A stretch of DNA of 64,000 nt. Origin: Candidatus Omnitrophota bacterium (lineage in GTDB: Bacteria > Omnitrophota > Gorgyraeia > Tantalellales > Tantalellaceae). The position numbers and the translations under genes are program-made. The notes beneath the pieces were generated by a model. That model searched no databases and was not told the origin of the DNA. It saw only the letters and a program-made list of their open reading frames with translations. The DNA lies in NCBI GenBank assembly GCA_007135805.1, contig SLID01000099.1:1882-65881 (forward strand), in the 5' to 3' direction. How positions within the stretch are numbered: position 1 is the stretch's first letter; each line of letters begins with the position of its first letter. Shown piece after piece: positions 1 to 10,022 of this stretch.

Positions 1-2
1 GC

Positions 3-1979
3 CTTCTTGAGTGGGCCCAGTATAAAAAACCGGAGGTCTTGGAACACGTCCGAGGACTCGTATCCGCCGGCCAGGTCGAGATAATGACTGGAGGCTTCTA
101 TGAACCGATACTGGTATCCATCCCCGAAGTAGACAGGCAGCTGCAGATAAGAATGCTGTCCGAATATGTAAAGAAAAATTTTTCCTATGAGCCCATAGGA
201 GCGTGGGTGGCGGAAAGGGTGTGGGAGCCGTCGCTATCCTCGACTTTCAGCGAAGCGGGTGTTAAGTACATAGTGCTGGACGATACGCATTTTATGTACG
301 CAGGGCTGAGGCGTGAGGAAGTCAGGGGTTATTATATAACCGAAGACAACTGGAAAAAAGTGGCGGTATTTCCCTCCGATAAAACTCTCCGGTACCATAT
401 CCCCTTTAAGTTGCCAGGGGAGAGCTTGGCTTATATGCGGCAAGCCGCGTCTGACAGGGAAGATGCCCTGTTCGTGTACGGAGATGACGGCGAAAAATTC
501 GGCGAATGGCCGGGTACCCACAAATGGGTTTTCGAGGAAAAATGGCTTGAAAATTTTTTCGACGAACTTATTAAAAATTCCGGGTGGTTGAGTACCGAAA
601 AACTTTCCGACTGCCTCTTGTCTAGAGCTCCCAGCGGCAGGATATATCTTCCTACATCGTCTTATGAGGAGATGCTCGAATGGTCCTTACCAGCCGATAT
701 GCAGGAGCAAATGAAGAACGTTACCGGCGAGATTATATACATGGGAAAAGAAAAAGAGTATAAACCGTTCATAAGAGGGGGGTTTTGGCGCAACTTTTTT
801 ACCAAGTATCCCGAGTCCAACCACATGAACAAGAAAATGGCGCATGTCTCGCGCAAACTGGATAAAATAAGGTCCGGGGATAAAGAAATTTTCAAAGACA
901 AAAAATTCAAGGAAGCCGAGCGCGAACTTTGTAAAGCGCAGTGTAACTGCGCCTACTGGCATGGGGTTTTCGGAGGGCTGTACCTGTATCACCTCAGAAA
1001 CGCGGTGTACGAGCACATTATCCGCTCGGAGTCCCTCGCGGATTCTCTGTTATACGGCAGCAAAGGCGGCATCCGGGTATATGCCGAGGATATTGACGCG
1101 GATGGCCGCGAGGACATTATCATGGAAAACAATGAGATCTCTCTTATCATAAGCCCATCCAGGGGTGGGGCCGTAAAAGAGATAGATTCGCGCGGGCTGT
1201 TCCAAAACTACGTTAATTCATTGTCGAGGAAAAAAGAGGCGTACCATAAGACCATCCTTGAGAAGATAAGGGAGACAGCTTCGGAAAACGGGGAGGTCAG
1301 GACGATCCACGACGGTATACAAACAGCCGACCCGGGGCTTAAGGACCATATGAGATACGACAGGTATCCCCGCCACTGTTTCATAGACCATTTCCTGGCG
1401 GAAGGGGTAGACATAAATTCCTTTGCCGCGTGCAGGTATGAGGAAAAATCGGATATCGCCCGTAAAGGATTTTCAGCGAAAACAAAAAAAACCGCCGGCG
1501 GGGCAAAACTTCTGATGTCCGCTGAAGTCAGTGTTCTGGGAAAAAATTTGCTGCTCGAGAAAAACATAACACTTCCCGTGAAAGGTGCCAGTTTCAGCGT
1601 CGATTACACTATCCATAACAAAAGCGCGTCCCGGCTTAAATCTGTGTTTGCTTCTGAATCCAATATCACTATGAGATATGCCGACTCGCCGTCTTATGAT
1701 CTTGATCTCGGAAAAAGTAAGATACACAAGCTCAGTGATATGACCCGCAAGGATATTTGTGAGCAAGTGAAGGTGAGCGATCAAGAGAATGGGGAAAGTC
1801 TAAGTTATTCTTTTAAAACACCTTGCGAGCTCTGGCACTTTCCTGTCAGAACGGTTTCACAGTCTGAAAAGGCGTATGAGTTGAATTATCAGTGTTCAGC
1901 CATAGTACCGGTATGGAAGATAGATATTGGCCCCGGGGAAAAAACAACGATATCCATCGAAATTAAATTGTGTCCCTAA
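3..1979 (+). CDS. GH57 alpha-amylase/4-alpha-glucanotransferase (5' end lies outside the window)
   Basis: Frame open from position 3 (LLEW...PE). GGFYEPIL, WVAERVW (nucleophile Glu), DDGEKFG (acid/base Asp), AQCNCAYWHGVFGGLY and C-terminal TVSQSEKAYE match the Thermococcus/Dictyoglomus-type GH57 glucanotransferase architecture. Confidence 0.9.
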   Translation, partial: LLEWAQYKKPEVLEHVRGLVSAGQVEIMTGGFYEPILVSIPEVDRQLQIRMLSEYVKKNFSYEPIGAWVAERVWEPSLSSTFSEAGVKYIVLDDTHFMYAGLRREEVRGYYITEDNWKKVAVFPSDKTLRYHIPFKLPGESLAYMRQAASDREDALFVYGDDGEKFGEWPGTHKWVFEEKWLENFFDELIKNSGWLSTEKLSDCLLSRAPSGRIYLPTSSYEEMLEWSLPADMQEQMKNVTGEIIYMGKEKEYKPFIRGGFWRNFFTKYPESNHMNKKMAHVSRKLDKIRSGDKEIFKDKKFKEAERELCKAQCNCAYWHGVFGGLYLYHLRNAVYEHIIRSESLADSLLYGSKGGIRVYAEDIDADGREDIIMENNEISLIISPSRGGAVKEIDSRGLFQNYVNSLSRKKEAYHKTILEKIRETASENGEVRTIHDGIQTADPGLKDHMRYDRYPRHCFIDHFLAEGVDINSFAACRYEEKSDIARKGFSAKTKKTAGGAKLLMSAEVSVLGKNLLLEKNITLPVKGASFSVDYTIHNKSASRLKSVFASESNITMRYADSPSYDLDLGKSKIHKLSDMTRKDICEQVKVSDQENGESLSYSFKTPCELWHFPVRTVSQSEKAYELNYQCSAIVPVWKIDIGPGEKTTISIEIKLCP

Positions 1980-2003
1980 CTTCATGCCTCGCAAATATTT
2001 ATG

Positions 2004-2033
2004 TTGACAAAACCATCCATTAGGATATACAAT
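2004..2033 (+). promoter_or_regulatory. sigma70-type promoter for the DUF4912-branching enzyme genes
   Basis: TTGACA (2004-2009), 18 bp, TACAAT (2028-2033) in an AT-rich intergenic gap. Confidence 0.6.
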
Positions 2034-2109
2034 TCGAATTAGGTTAGGAATTCACAAAACAATATCTCAAAATACGGCGGTGTCGGCCGGATCTAAAACG
2101 GAGAGTGAT

Positions 2110-2727
2110 ATGAAGGACTCTGGAGAACATATCCACCCGCAAAGATGTGATGAAAGAGATTTTGACATCCCCCTGCATTATGGTGACAACAAGATCGTTC
2201 TTATGGTACGTGATCCGTGGACGATCTTTTCTTATTGGGAAGTAAGGGGTGATGTTGAGAACGGTGTCAAGGCGCTTATCAGGGAAAGAGGCCTGACTCC
2301 TTCGAAAAGCGTTCTCAGGGTTTACAGGGCCGCCGGACCCATTGACGCTCCGGACCTTACTGTAATCAACGAATTTGAGCTGCGGGATTGGGTGGCAAGC
2401 TGGTACATACATGTTGATGAACCCGGCAACGAATGGATAGCTGACATAGGCATAATCGCGGACAATGGCGAATTCTTCTGTCTTGCGCGGTCCAATCGCG
2501 TAGCTACGCCTTCCAATTCCATGTCTGATACCGTAGAAGGCGAATGGGCATGTCCCGAAGAACTTTATTACAAGATATTCGCGGTTTCCGGCGGAGGTGA
2601 AGTAGGTAAAAGTTCGATGGAACTAAGGGAATTCATGGAAAGATATCTTAAACAATGGCTTTCCTCCGGGGGAGTTACCTCAGGGATATTTTCAAGTTCC
2701 GATCTGATAAAGAGGAGGAACGGGTAG
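2110..2727 (+). CDS. DUF4912 domain protein
   Basis: IPLHYGDNKIVLMVRDPWTIFSYWE...SWYIHV...LARSNRVATP pattern; SD GGAG before ATG 2110 (alternative GTG 2080); usual neighbour of GH57 branching enzymes. Confidence 0.8.
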   Translation: MKDSGEHIHPQRCDERDFDIPLHYGDNKIVLMVRDPWTIFSYWEVRGDVENGVKALIRERGLTPSKSVLRVYRAAGPIDAPDLTVINEFELRDWVASWYIHVDEPGNEWIADIGIIADNGEFFCLARSNRVATPSNSMSDTVEGEWACPEELYYKIFAVSGGGEVGKSSMELREFMERYLKQWLSSGGVTSGIFSSSDLIKRRNG

Positions 2728-2729
2728 TT

Positions 2730-4313
2730 ATGGCTAAAGGGTATCTGGCACTTGTTCTTCACGCGCATCTTCCTTTCATACGTCATCCTGAACATGAAAG
2801 TTTTCTGGAAGAGAACTGGCTTTTCGAGGCTATCACCGACACTTACATACCTCTCATAAACGTTTTTGACAGCCTCATTTCGGACGGCGTGGATTTTCGC
2901 ATAACGGTTTCACTCAGCCCGACATTGATGGCCATGCTCAGGGATGATCTGCTCATATCGAGGTATCACGCCCACATGGACAAGCTTATAACGCTGGCTC
3001 AGCTGGAAGTCGAGAGAACGCGGTCGGATAAAAGGGTCAACGATCTGGCGGTGATGTACCTCGAAAGGTTCCGCAACGCCAAGAGTGTTCTTTCCGACAA
3101 GTATGGCAACGACCTTCTATCAGCTTTCAAGAAATTTCAGGATCTAGGCAGGGTCGAGGTAATAACGTGTTGCGCCACTCACGGGTTTTTACCGTTGATG
3201 GATGTCGCAAGGTCTGCCGTCAGGGCTCAGGTGGAAGTAGCTGTAAAAGCTTACAAGGAAGTTTTCGGGCAACCTCCGAAGGGGATGTGGCTTCCCGAAT
3301 GCGCTTATCTTCCGGGCCATGACGAAATACTCAATGAGTTCGGAATAAGTTACTTTTTTGTTGAGACTCACGGCGTCCTTTTCGGGTCACCCCGTCCCAA
3401 GTATGGGGTCCACAGTCCCTATCTCTGCAAGTCGGGGACGGCGGTTTTCGCGAGGGACATGGAAAGCTCAAAAGCGGTATGGAGTTCCAAGGAAGGTTAC
3501 CCCGGTGATTATAACTACAGGGAGTACTACCGCGACATAGGTTTTGATCTGGATTACGACTATGTTAAGCCTTATATCAACGGTTGCGGTACCCGCGTGA
3601 ATACTGGTATAAAATACCACAAGATAACCGGTGACGCCGACCACAAAGACCTTTACGATCGGAACAGGGCGCTGGAGAGGGCCGCGGACCACGCCGGAAA
3701 TTTCATGTTCAACAGAGAAAAACAAGTGGAACATCTCTCGGAGATGATGGATAGGAAACCTGTGATAGTTTCGCCTTATGACGCTGAACTTTTCGGTCAT
3801 TGGTGGTTTGAGGGACCCGAATGGCTGGGATACCTTTTCAGAAAAATGCACTTTGACCAGGACAATTTGAAAAGCATCACGCCGGGAGATTTCCTGAAAC
3901 TTTACGACAGGTTCCCTGTAATAACGCCCTCGGCCTCGACCTGGGGTTACAAGGGATACAACGAGGTGTGGCTTGACGGTTGTAACGATTGGATATACAA
4001 ACATCTTCATAAGATGGCCGAGATAATGACAACGGACGCCCGCGATTACGAGGGTCCGACTCCCCTGGAAAGAAGAGTACTGAACCAGATGGCAAGAGAG
4101 CTTCTGCTGGCACAGTCCAGCGATTGGGCGTTTATAATGAAAACCGGGACTTTTGTGGAGTACGCTGTCAACAGGACACGGGAACACATAGGCAGGTTTC
4201 TTGCCCTTCATAAACAGCTCAGGGAGGGGGAAATAGACCAGGAAATGGTGGGAGAGGCCGAAAAAAAATTCACGGCTTTCCGTGATATAGATTACAGGGT
4301 CTATGCCGGATAG
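2730..4313 (+). CDS. GH57 1,4-alpha-glucan branching enzyme (DUF1957)
   Basis: LHAHLPF, EENWLFEA, GMWLPEC, PYDAELFGHWWFEGP, LLAQSSDWAF are GH57 branching enzyme conserved regions; SD GAGGAGG. Confidence 0.92.
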   Translation: MAKGYLALVLHAHLPFIRHPEHESFLEENWLFEAITDTYIPLINVFDSLISDGVDFRITVSLSPTLMAMLRDDLLISRYHAHMDKLITLAQLEVERTRSDKRVNDLAVMYLERFRNAKSVLSDKYGNDLLSAFKKFQDLGRVEVITCCATHGFLPLMDVARSAVRAQVEVAVKAYKEVFGQPPKGMWLPECAYLPGHDEILNEFGISYFFVETHGVLFGSPRPKYGVHSPYLCKSGTAVFARDMESSKAVWSSKEGYPGDYNYREYYRDIGFDLDYDYVKPYINGCGTRVNTGIKYHKITGDADHKDLYDRNRALERAADHAGNFMFNREKQVEHLSEMMDRKPVIVSPYDAELFGHWWFEGPEWLGYLFRKMHFDQDNLKSITPGDFLKLYDRFPVITPSASTWGYKGYNEVWLDGCNDWIYKHLHKMAEIMTTDARDYEGPTPLERRVLNQMARELLLAQSSDWAFIMKTGTFVEYAVNRTREHIGRFLALHKQLREGEIDQEMVGEAEKKFTAFRDIDYRVYAG

Positions 4314-4360
4314 CCGTACAGAGGTTAAACAAACTGGATAATACCAAGGAGGCAAGTAAG

Positions 4361-4660
4361 ATGGTAAAAAAAGCAGCTAAAAAAACAGTGAAAAAGGCGG
4401 CATCGGGGGCTTCAAAAGCCAAAACAGGGGCGAAGAAAGCACCTAAGAAAACGATGAAAAAGACCGTTTCGAAAAAGACTCCCGCTAAAAGATCATCCAA
4501 AAGGTCCATTTCGCTGAAAAATATGAGCGATGAACAGCTGTATGGGCTCATTTCGGAGAAGGCTTACGAGTTATATCTGAAAAGAGGCTCGAGCCACGGT
4601 AACGACCACTCCGACTGGTACAGAGCGGAAAGTTTTATCCTTTCCAAATACAAGAAGTAG
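4361..4660 (+). CDS. DUF2934 domain protein with Lys/Ala-rich histone H1-like N-terminus
   Basis: C-terminal ISEKAYELYLKRG..HG.D..DW.RAE motif; N-terminal KKAAKKTVKK repeats; SD AAGGAGG. Confidence 0.8.
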   Translation: MVKKAAKKTVKKAASGASKAKTGAKKAPKKTMKKTVSKKTPAKRSSKRSISLKNMSDEQLYGLISEKAYELYLKRGSSHGNDHSDWYRAESFILSKYKK

Positions 4661-4767
4661 CAGGTCTACCGTTACTGTGACATGATCGCCTTGATCCCCG
4701 GTCAGGTTCCGTGTTTCTGGGCTTTCTGTCTTTCTGTTCGCGGGCTTTGCCCGAGAGGATATTACTG

Positions 4768-6024
4768 ATGAAGAAGGTTCTATCGGTCATACTCGGCGGA
4801 GGGCAGGGTACGCGGCTTTTTCCTCTTACGAAAGAGAGGTGTAAGCCGGCTGTGCCACTGCTTGGGAAATACCGTCTTATAGACATTCCTGTGAGCAATT
4901 GTCTTAATTCCGGTTTTAACAGGATATATGTGCTTACTCAGTTCCTTTCCGAATCGCTCAACAAACATATAAGCCGTACTTACAAAATGGACACTTTTTC
5001 CAAAGGTTTTATTGAAGTAATGGCGGCGGAACAGTCCATGGAGGATACGCATTGGTTCCAGGGTACCGCTGACGCGGTACGCAGATGCCTGAAACACTTC
5101 AACGACCCGGCAATACAGCATATCCTGGTGCTTTCCGGAGACCAGCTTTATAAGATGGATCTGGACGACATGTACAGATATCACCTTGAAAAGGACGCCG
5201 ACTTGACCGTAGCGTGTAATTATGTTCCCGAGAGCGAAGTAGGCGGTCTGGGAATAATGGGTATAGGGAAAGACAGTCGCATAAAACGTTTCAAGGAAAA
5301 ACCCGGGAGTGTTGATGACATCAGGGACATGGCCGTATCCGGCAAGTCTGGGGGGAAAAGTTTTCTGGGATCTATGGGAATATATCTTTTCAAAAAAGAA
5401 GCTCTGGTGGATCTTCTGGTAAACAGCAGGGAGGTAGATTTTGGAAGAGAGGTCATCCCAATAGCCATAGAGAAGAAAAACACCTACGCGTATCTTTTTG
5501 ACGGCTATTGGAGGGACATCGGAACGATAAAGAATTTTTATTCGGAGAACCTGGCCCTGGCGGGTCAAATCCCCCCCATGGATATGTTTGACGAAAAATG
5601 GCAGATCTTTACCCGTACGCGTTATTTGTCCCCGGCAAAGTTTGAGGATTGTTCCGTGGCCCAGAGCATTATCGCCGAGGGAAGTATAGTGCTTTCGGCC
5701 AGTATAAAAAATTCTGTAATAGGTTTGAGGTTCAGGGTCGAACCGGGAACAGTAATAGAGGACTGCGTAGTTATGGGGTGTGATTATTACCAAACCGCCG
5801 AACAGAACTCTTCCGATATCTCATCCTCTGTTCCAATTCTCGGGGTAGGGAAGAACTGTCACATAAGAAGGGCCATAATCGATAAGAACGTCCGTATAGG
5901 CGATAATGTGAAGATCCTCAACGAAGACAACGTCGAGCACGCCGACGGACCCAATTACTATATCCGGGAAGGCATAACCGTTATTCCCAAGAATGCAGTG
6001 GTAGAGCCCGGCACGGTCATATGA
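4768..6024 (+). CDS. glgC: Glucose-1-phosphate adenylyltransferase
   Basis: ILGGGQGTRLFPLT, KPAVP, YRLIDIP, WFQGTADAV, LSGDQLY, FKEKP, SMGIY, YWRDIGT. Confidence 0.97.
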   Translation: MKKVLSVILGGGQGTRLFPLTKERCKPAVPLLGKYRLIDIPVSNCLNSGFNRIYVLTQFLSESLNKHISRTYKMDTFSKGFIEVMAAEQSMEDTHWFQGTADAVRRCLKHFNDPAIQHILVLSGDQLYKMDLDDMYRYHLEKDADLTVACNYVPESEVGGLGIMGIGKDSRIKRFKEKPGSVDDIRDMAVSGKSGGKSFLGSMGIYLFKKEALVDLLVNSREVDFGREVIPIAIEKKNTYAYLFDGYWRDIGTIKNFYSENLALAGQIPPMDMFDEKWQIFTRTRYLSPAKFEDCSVAQSIIAEGSIVLSASIKNSVIGLRFRVEPGTVIEDCVVMGCDYYQTAEQNSSDISSSVPILGVGKNCHIRRAIIDKNVRIGDNVKILNEDNVEHADGPNYYIREGITVIPKNAVVEPGTVI

Positions 6025-6599
6025 TAATAACAGCTATAAACGCGAGTCCCAGGAAAGGCGGCAATACCTCCGCGCTTGTCGAAAAGGTTCTTGAGGGGGC
6101 CCGCTCCGGCGGCGCCCAGGTCAGAAGGATAGACCTTTCGGACCTCAACATAAGGCCGCTCGGGGAGGAGGACTATGAGGGCACGCTCGAGGGAATACGC
6201 CGTGATCCTGAGGACGGCCTCAACTCGATAATAACCGCTATACAGGATTCGGACGTTGTTGTTCTGGCTTCTCCGGTATTTTTCGGAAGTTTGAGCGGTC
6301 AGTTGAAAAACATGATAGATCGCTTCCAGTTCGCCTGGCTTGAAAAGAACTTTCGAGGCAAAGAAGTTTTTTCCGGAGGGAAAAGAGGGGTTTTTATTTC
6401 GGTGCAGGCACAGAACAGGCAGGACTTTTTTGAAAATTCGGCGCGAATAGTAAAGCATTTTTTCGCCACATTAGATATCGAATACGCTGGAGAACTTCTT
6501 TTTATGGGGCTTGAGGGGAAGAACGACGCGGCCTCAAACCCCGCGCACATGGAAAAGGCTTTTAAGTTGGGGCGTGGTCTTGTCCTCGCCGAAACTTAA
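6021..6599 (+). CDS. Flavodoxin-like / NADPH-dependent FMN reductase family (iron-sulfur flavoprotein-like, no Cys)
   Basis: ASPRKGGNT and LASPVFFGSLSGQLKNMIDR motifs; ATGA overlap with glgC. Confidence 0.85.
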   Translation: MIITAINASPRKGGNTSALVEKVLEGARSGGAQVRRIDLSDLNIRPLGEEDYEGTLEGIRRDPEDGLNSIITAIQDSDVVVLASPVFFGSLSGQLKNMIDRFQFAWLEKNFRGKEVFSGGKRGVFISVQAQNRQDFFENSARIVKHFFATLDIEYAGELLFMGLEGKNDAASNPAHMEKAFKLGRGLVLAET

Positions 6600-6688
6600 A
6601 GTCCTGTGATGTAACGGAGAAATCCCCCTGAAAACAGCAAATAAAAAAGTGTCATACGCGCGCGGCGTTTATTTAATGGAGGTGTGAT

Positions 6689-8134
6689 TTGAGTGGGATT
6701 TTCGGGGTAGTTTCAAAGGAAGATTGCGCGGAGCTTCTTCTATACGGGACAGACTATCACTCCCATATGGGTACGGAATACGGCGGTATGGCTCTTCTCG
6801 GAGACGAGTTCCAGAGGCAGATACACAACATAAGCCACGGACAGTTCAAATCCAAGTTTCACGAAGATACCTGCCGCATGAAGGGCAATAAGGGTATAGG
6901 CGTCATAAGCGACAGCAACGAACAGCCCATGTACCTGAATTCCAGGTTCGGGCCTTTCTGCATAGTGACTAACGGCCTGATCGATAATGCCGAAGAACTG
7001 GCCCGGGAACTCATGGCCCGGGGAGTTTCTTTCAGCGAGATGTGTGGAGATTCCGTCAACATCACGGAACTTATTTCCAAGATAATCTGCACGGGAGAAG
7101 ACCTGATAGACGGCATAAACGAGGTCTTTAAAAAAATAGAGGGCTCTTGTTCGATGCTCATACTTACCCACGAGGGTATCTACGCGGCGAGGGACCGTCT
7201 CGGGTATACACCCCTTGTAGTAGGTAGAAGGGAAGGAGCATGGGCCGTAACTTCTGAAACCACAGCATTCCCCAATAACCGTTTCGACCCGGTAAAGTAT
7301 CTCGGCCCTTCAGAAATAGTCCTGCTTACAGAGGATGGTATGGCTGCCTGTCAGGGTGAAAGCCAGGAAAAACAGGTCTGCGCGTTTTTATGGATATACT
7401 CCGGATTTCCCGCCTCAAGCTATGAAGGTATAAATACGGAAGTGGTAAGGGAGAGATGCGGCAAGGCCTTGGCGGCCCGCGACACAGACATCGAAGTAGA
7501 CCTTGTTTCAGGCATCCCTGACTCCGGTATAGGCCATGCGCTGGGTTATGCCATGGGGTCGGGTAAGCCTCTCAGGAGGCCTCTTGTAAAGTATACCCCC
7601 GGGTACGGCAGAAGCTATACCCCTCCTTTGCAAGGCAGGCGGGATCTTGTGGCGACAATGAAGCTTATACCCATAAAAGAGGTTGTTGACGGCAACAGAA
7701 TAGTTGTTTGTGAGGACTCTATCGTAAGGGGGACACAACTTAAGAATTTCACCGCCAAAAAGCTCTGGGATTCGGGAGCTAAGGAGATCCATGTAAGAGT
7801 GGCATGTCCTCCTTTGTTGTTCCCGTGCAGGTTCTGTTTATCTACGAGGACGATAGACGAACTTGCTGCCAGAAAAGCCATAAAAAGTCTCGAGGGCAGG
7901 GACATAGAAGATGTTTCTGAATATTCCGATCACACTTCCGGCAAGTACGCCGATCTTGTGGGCTGGATAAGGAAGGATATAGGCGTGACAACTCTCAGGT
8001 ACCAGACTATCGAGGATATGGTGCGGTCGGTCGGCCTTCCAAAAGAGCAGTTGTGTACTTACTGCTGGACAGGCGAGACTTGTTCCAGACGGGGTTCCGC
8101 CAGGCCGTGCTCTGCTGAGCGGGACTCGTTATGA
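6689..8134 (+). CDS. purF: Amidophosphoribosyltransferase (variant with Ser in place of catalytic Cys1)
   Basis: MSGIFG N-terminus, GIPDSG, PRPP loop EDSIVRGT, Fe-S ligands CAF/PC/CTYC; TTG start with SD GGAGGTG. Confidence 0.85.
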   Translation: MSGIFGVVSKEDCAELLLYGTDYHSHMGTEYGGMALLGDEFQRQIHNISHGQFKSKFHEDTCRMKGNKGIGVISDSNEQPMYLNSRFGPFCIVTNGLIDNAEELARELMARGVSFSEMCGDSVNITELISKIICTGEDLIDGINEVFKKIEGSCSMLILTHEGIYAARDRLGYTPLVVGRREGAWAVTSETTAFPNNRFDPVKYLGPSEIVLLTEDGMAACQGESQEKQVCAFLWIYSGFPASSYEGINTEVVRERCGKALAARDTDIEVDLVSGIPDSGIGHALGYAMGSGKPLRRPLVKYTPGYGRSYTPPLQGRRDLVATMKLIPIKEVVDGNRIVVCEDSIVRGTQLKNFTAKKLWDSGAKEIHVRVACPPLLFPCRFCLSTRTIDELAARKAIKSLEGRDIEDVSEYSDHTSGKYADLVGWIRKDIGVTTLRYQTIEDMVRSVGLPKEQLCTYCWTGETCSRRGSARPCSAERDSL

Positions 8135-8191
8135 TACTGGGGCGGCAGGCAGATTTTTGTTCGCGAAAAAACAAAAAATCAGGGGCAGCTT

Positions 8192-8551
8192 ATGGATATA
8201 GCGCTTTACATGGCTTTGGGTCTACTGGCCGGGATAGCCGGAGGTTTTCTGGGTATTGGCGGAGGGTTGATCATTGTGCCGTTTCTGGTATATTTCTTCG
8301 GGCTTACGCAGCATCAGGCCCAGGGAACTACCCTCGCTCTTATGCTTCCCCCTGTAAGTCTTCTGGCCGTTCTTAAATATTACCAGCATGGTAATGTGGA
8401 TATTCGCGTCGCTGTTTTTGTCTCTCTTGGCTTCTTTTTCGGGGGCCTTGCGGGAGCATATCTCGTTGCGCCCGTTCCCGAACAGATACTTCGCAAGATA
8501 TTCGGTATTTTTCTGCTTAGCTTTGCCGTAAAAATGATCGTGGGAAAGTGA
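8192..8551 (+). CDS. Half-size TSUP/TauE-family membrane protein
   Basis: GFLGIGGGLIIVP and QHQAQGTTLA motifs; four hydrophobic segments; 119 aa. Confidence 0.85.
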   Translation: MDIALYMALGLLAGIAGGFLGIGGGLIIVPFLVYFFGLTQHQAQGTTLALMLPPVSLLAVLKYYQHGNVDIRVAVFVSLGFFFGGLAGAYLVAPVPEQILRKIFGIFLLSFAVKMIVGK

Positions 8552-8591
8552 GTTCTGCCGGAATTTTGCGGGTGTTTTTCTTCTGAGCTGT

Positions 8592-8670
8592 AACATCTCA
8601 GTCATCCGCGGAAATATAGCGTCTCAACGCCCGTCTTTGCGAACCCGCCGAAGGCGGGTGAAGCAATCCC
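8592..8670. repeat. Palindromic REP/MITE-like element, homologous to 23231-23302
   Basis: GTCTTTGCGAA-CCCGCC-GAA-GGCGGG-TGAAGCAATC; the upstream AACATCTCAGTCATCCGCGGAAA also matches the 61-bp repeat unit. Confidence 0.75.
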
Positions 8671-8791
8671 AATAAACAAATGTTGCCGGGTATTTTTCCC
8701 GCGCGTAATATTTTATCGGTCTCCCTCGGAAGTCTTCGCCACTGAAAACCCTCCGCCCCGCTCCCGGGACCAAAAACTTCCAAAAAACTGG

Positions 8792-8820
8792 TTGAACGTT
8801 ACGGCCCCAGGATATATAAT
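8792..8820 (+). promoter_or_regulatory. sigma70-type promoter of gap
   Basis: TTGAAC, 17 bp, TATAAT. Confidence 0.65.
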
Positions 8821-8872
8821 ACACATTCAAAATCCGGGGAAGTGTTCCTAAGGTAAGGTGAAAACAGGTTAA

Positions 8873-9886
<1,014 letters not shown>

Positions 9887-10022
9887 GTTCGCGCGTTTAA
9901 GCGCCGGGGATGGTACGGAAAAACCGTTCCGTTCCCGGTGTTGCGCTAAGGGATCCGGCAGGTCCCGGCGCTATGATCCCTACAGGTTTGATGACAGCTC
10001 TAATATTTACGGAGGTGGCTGA

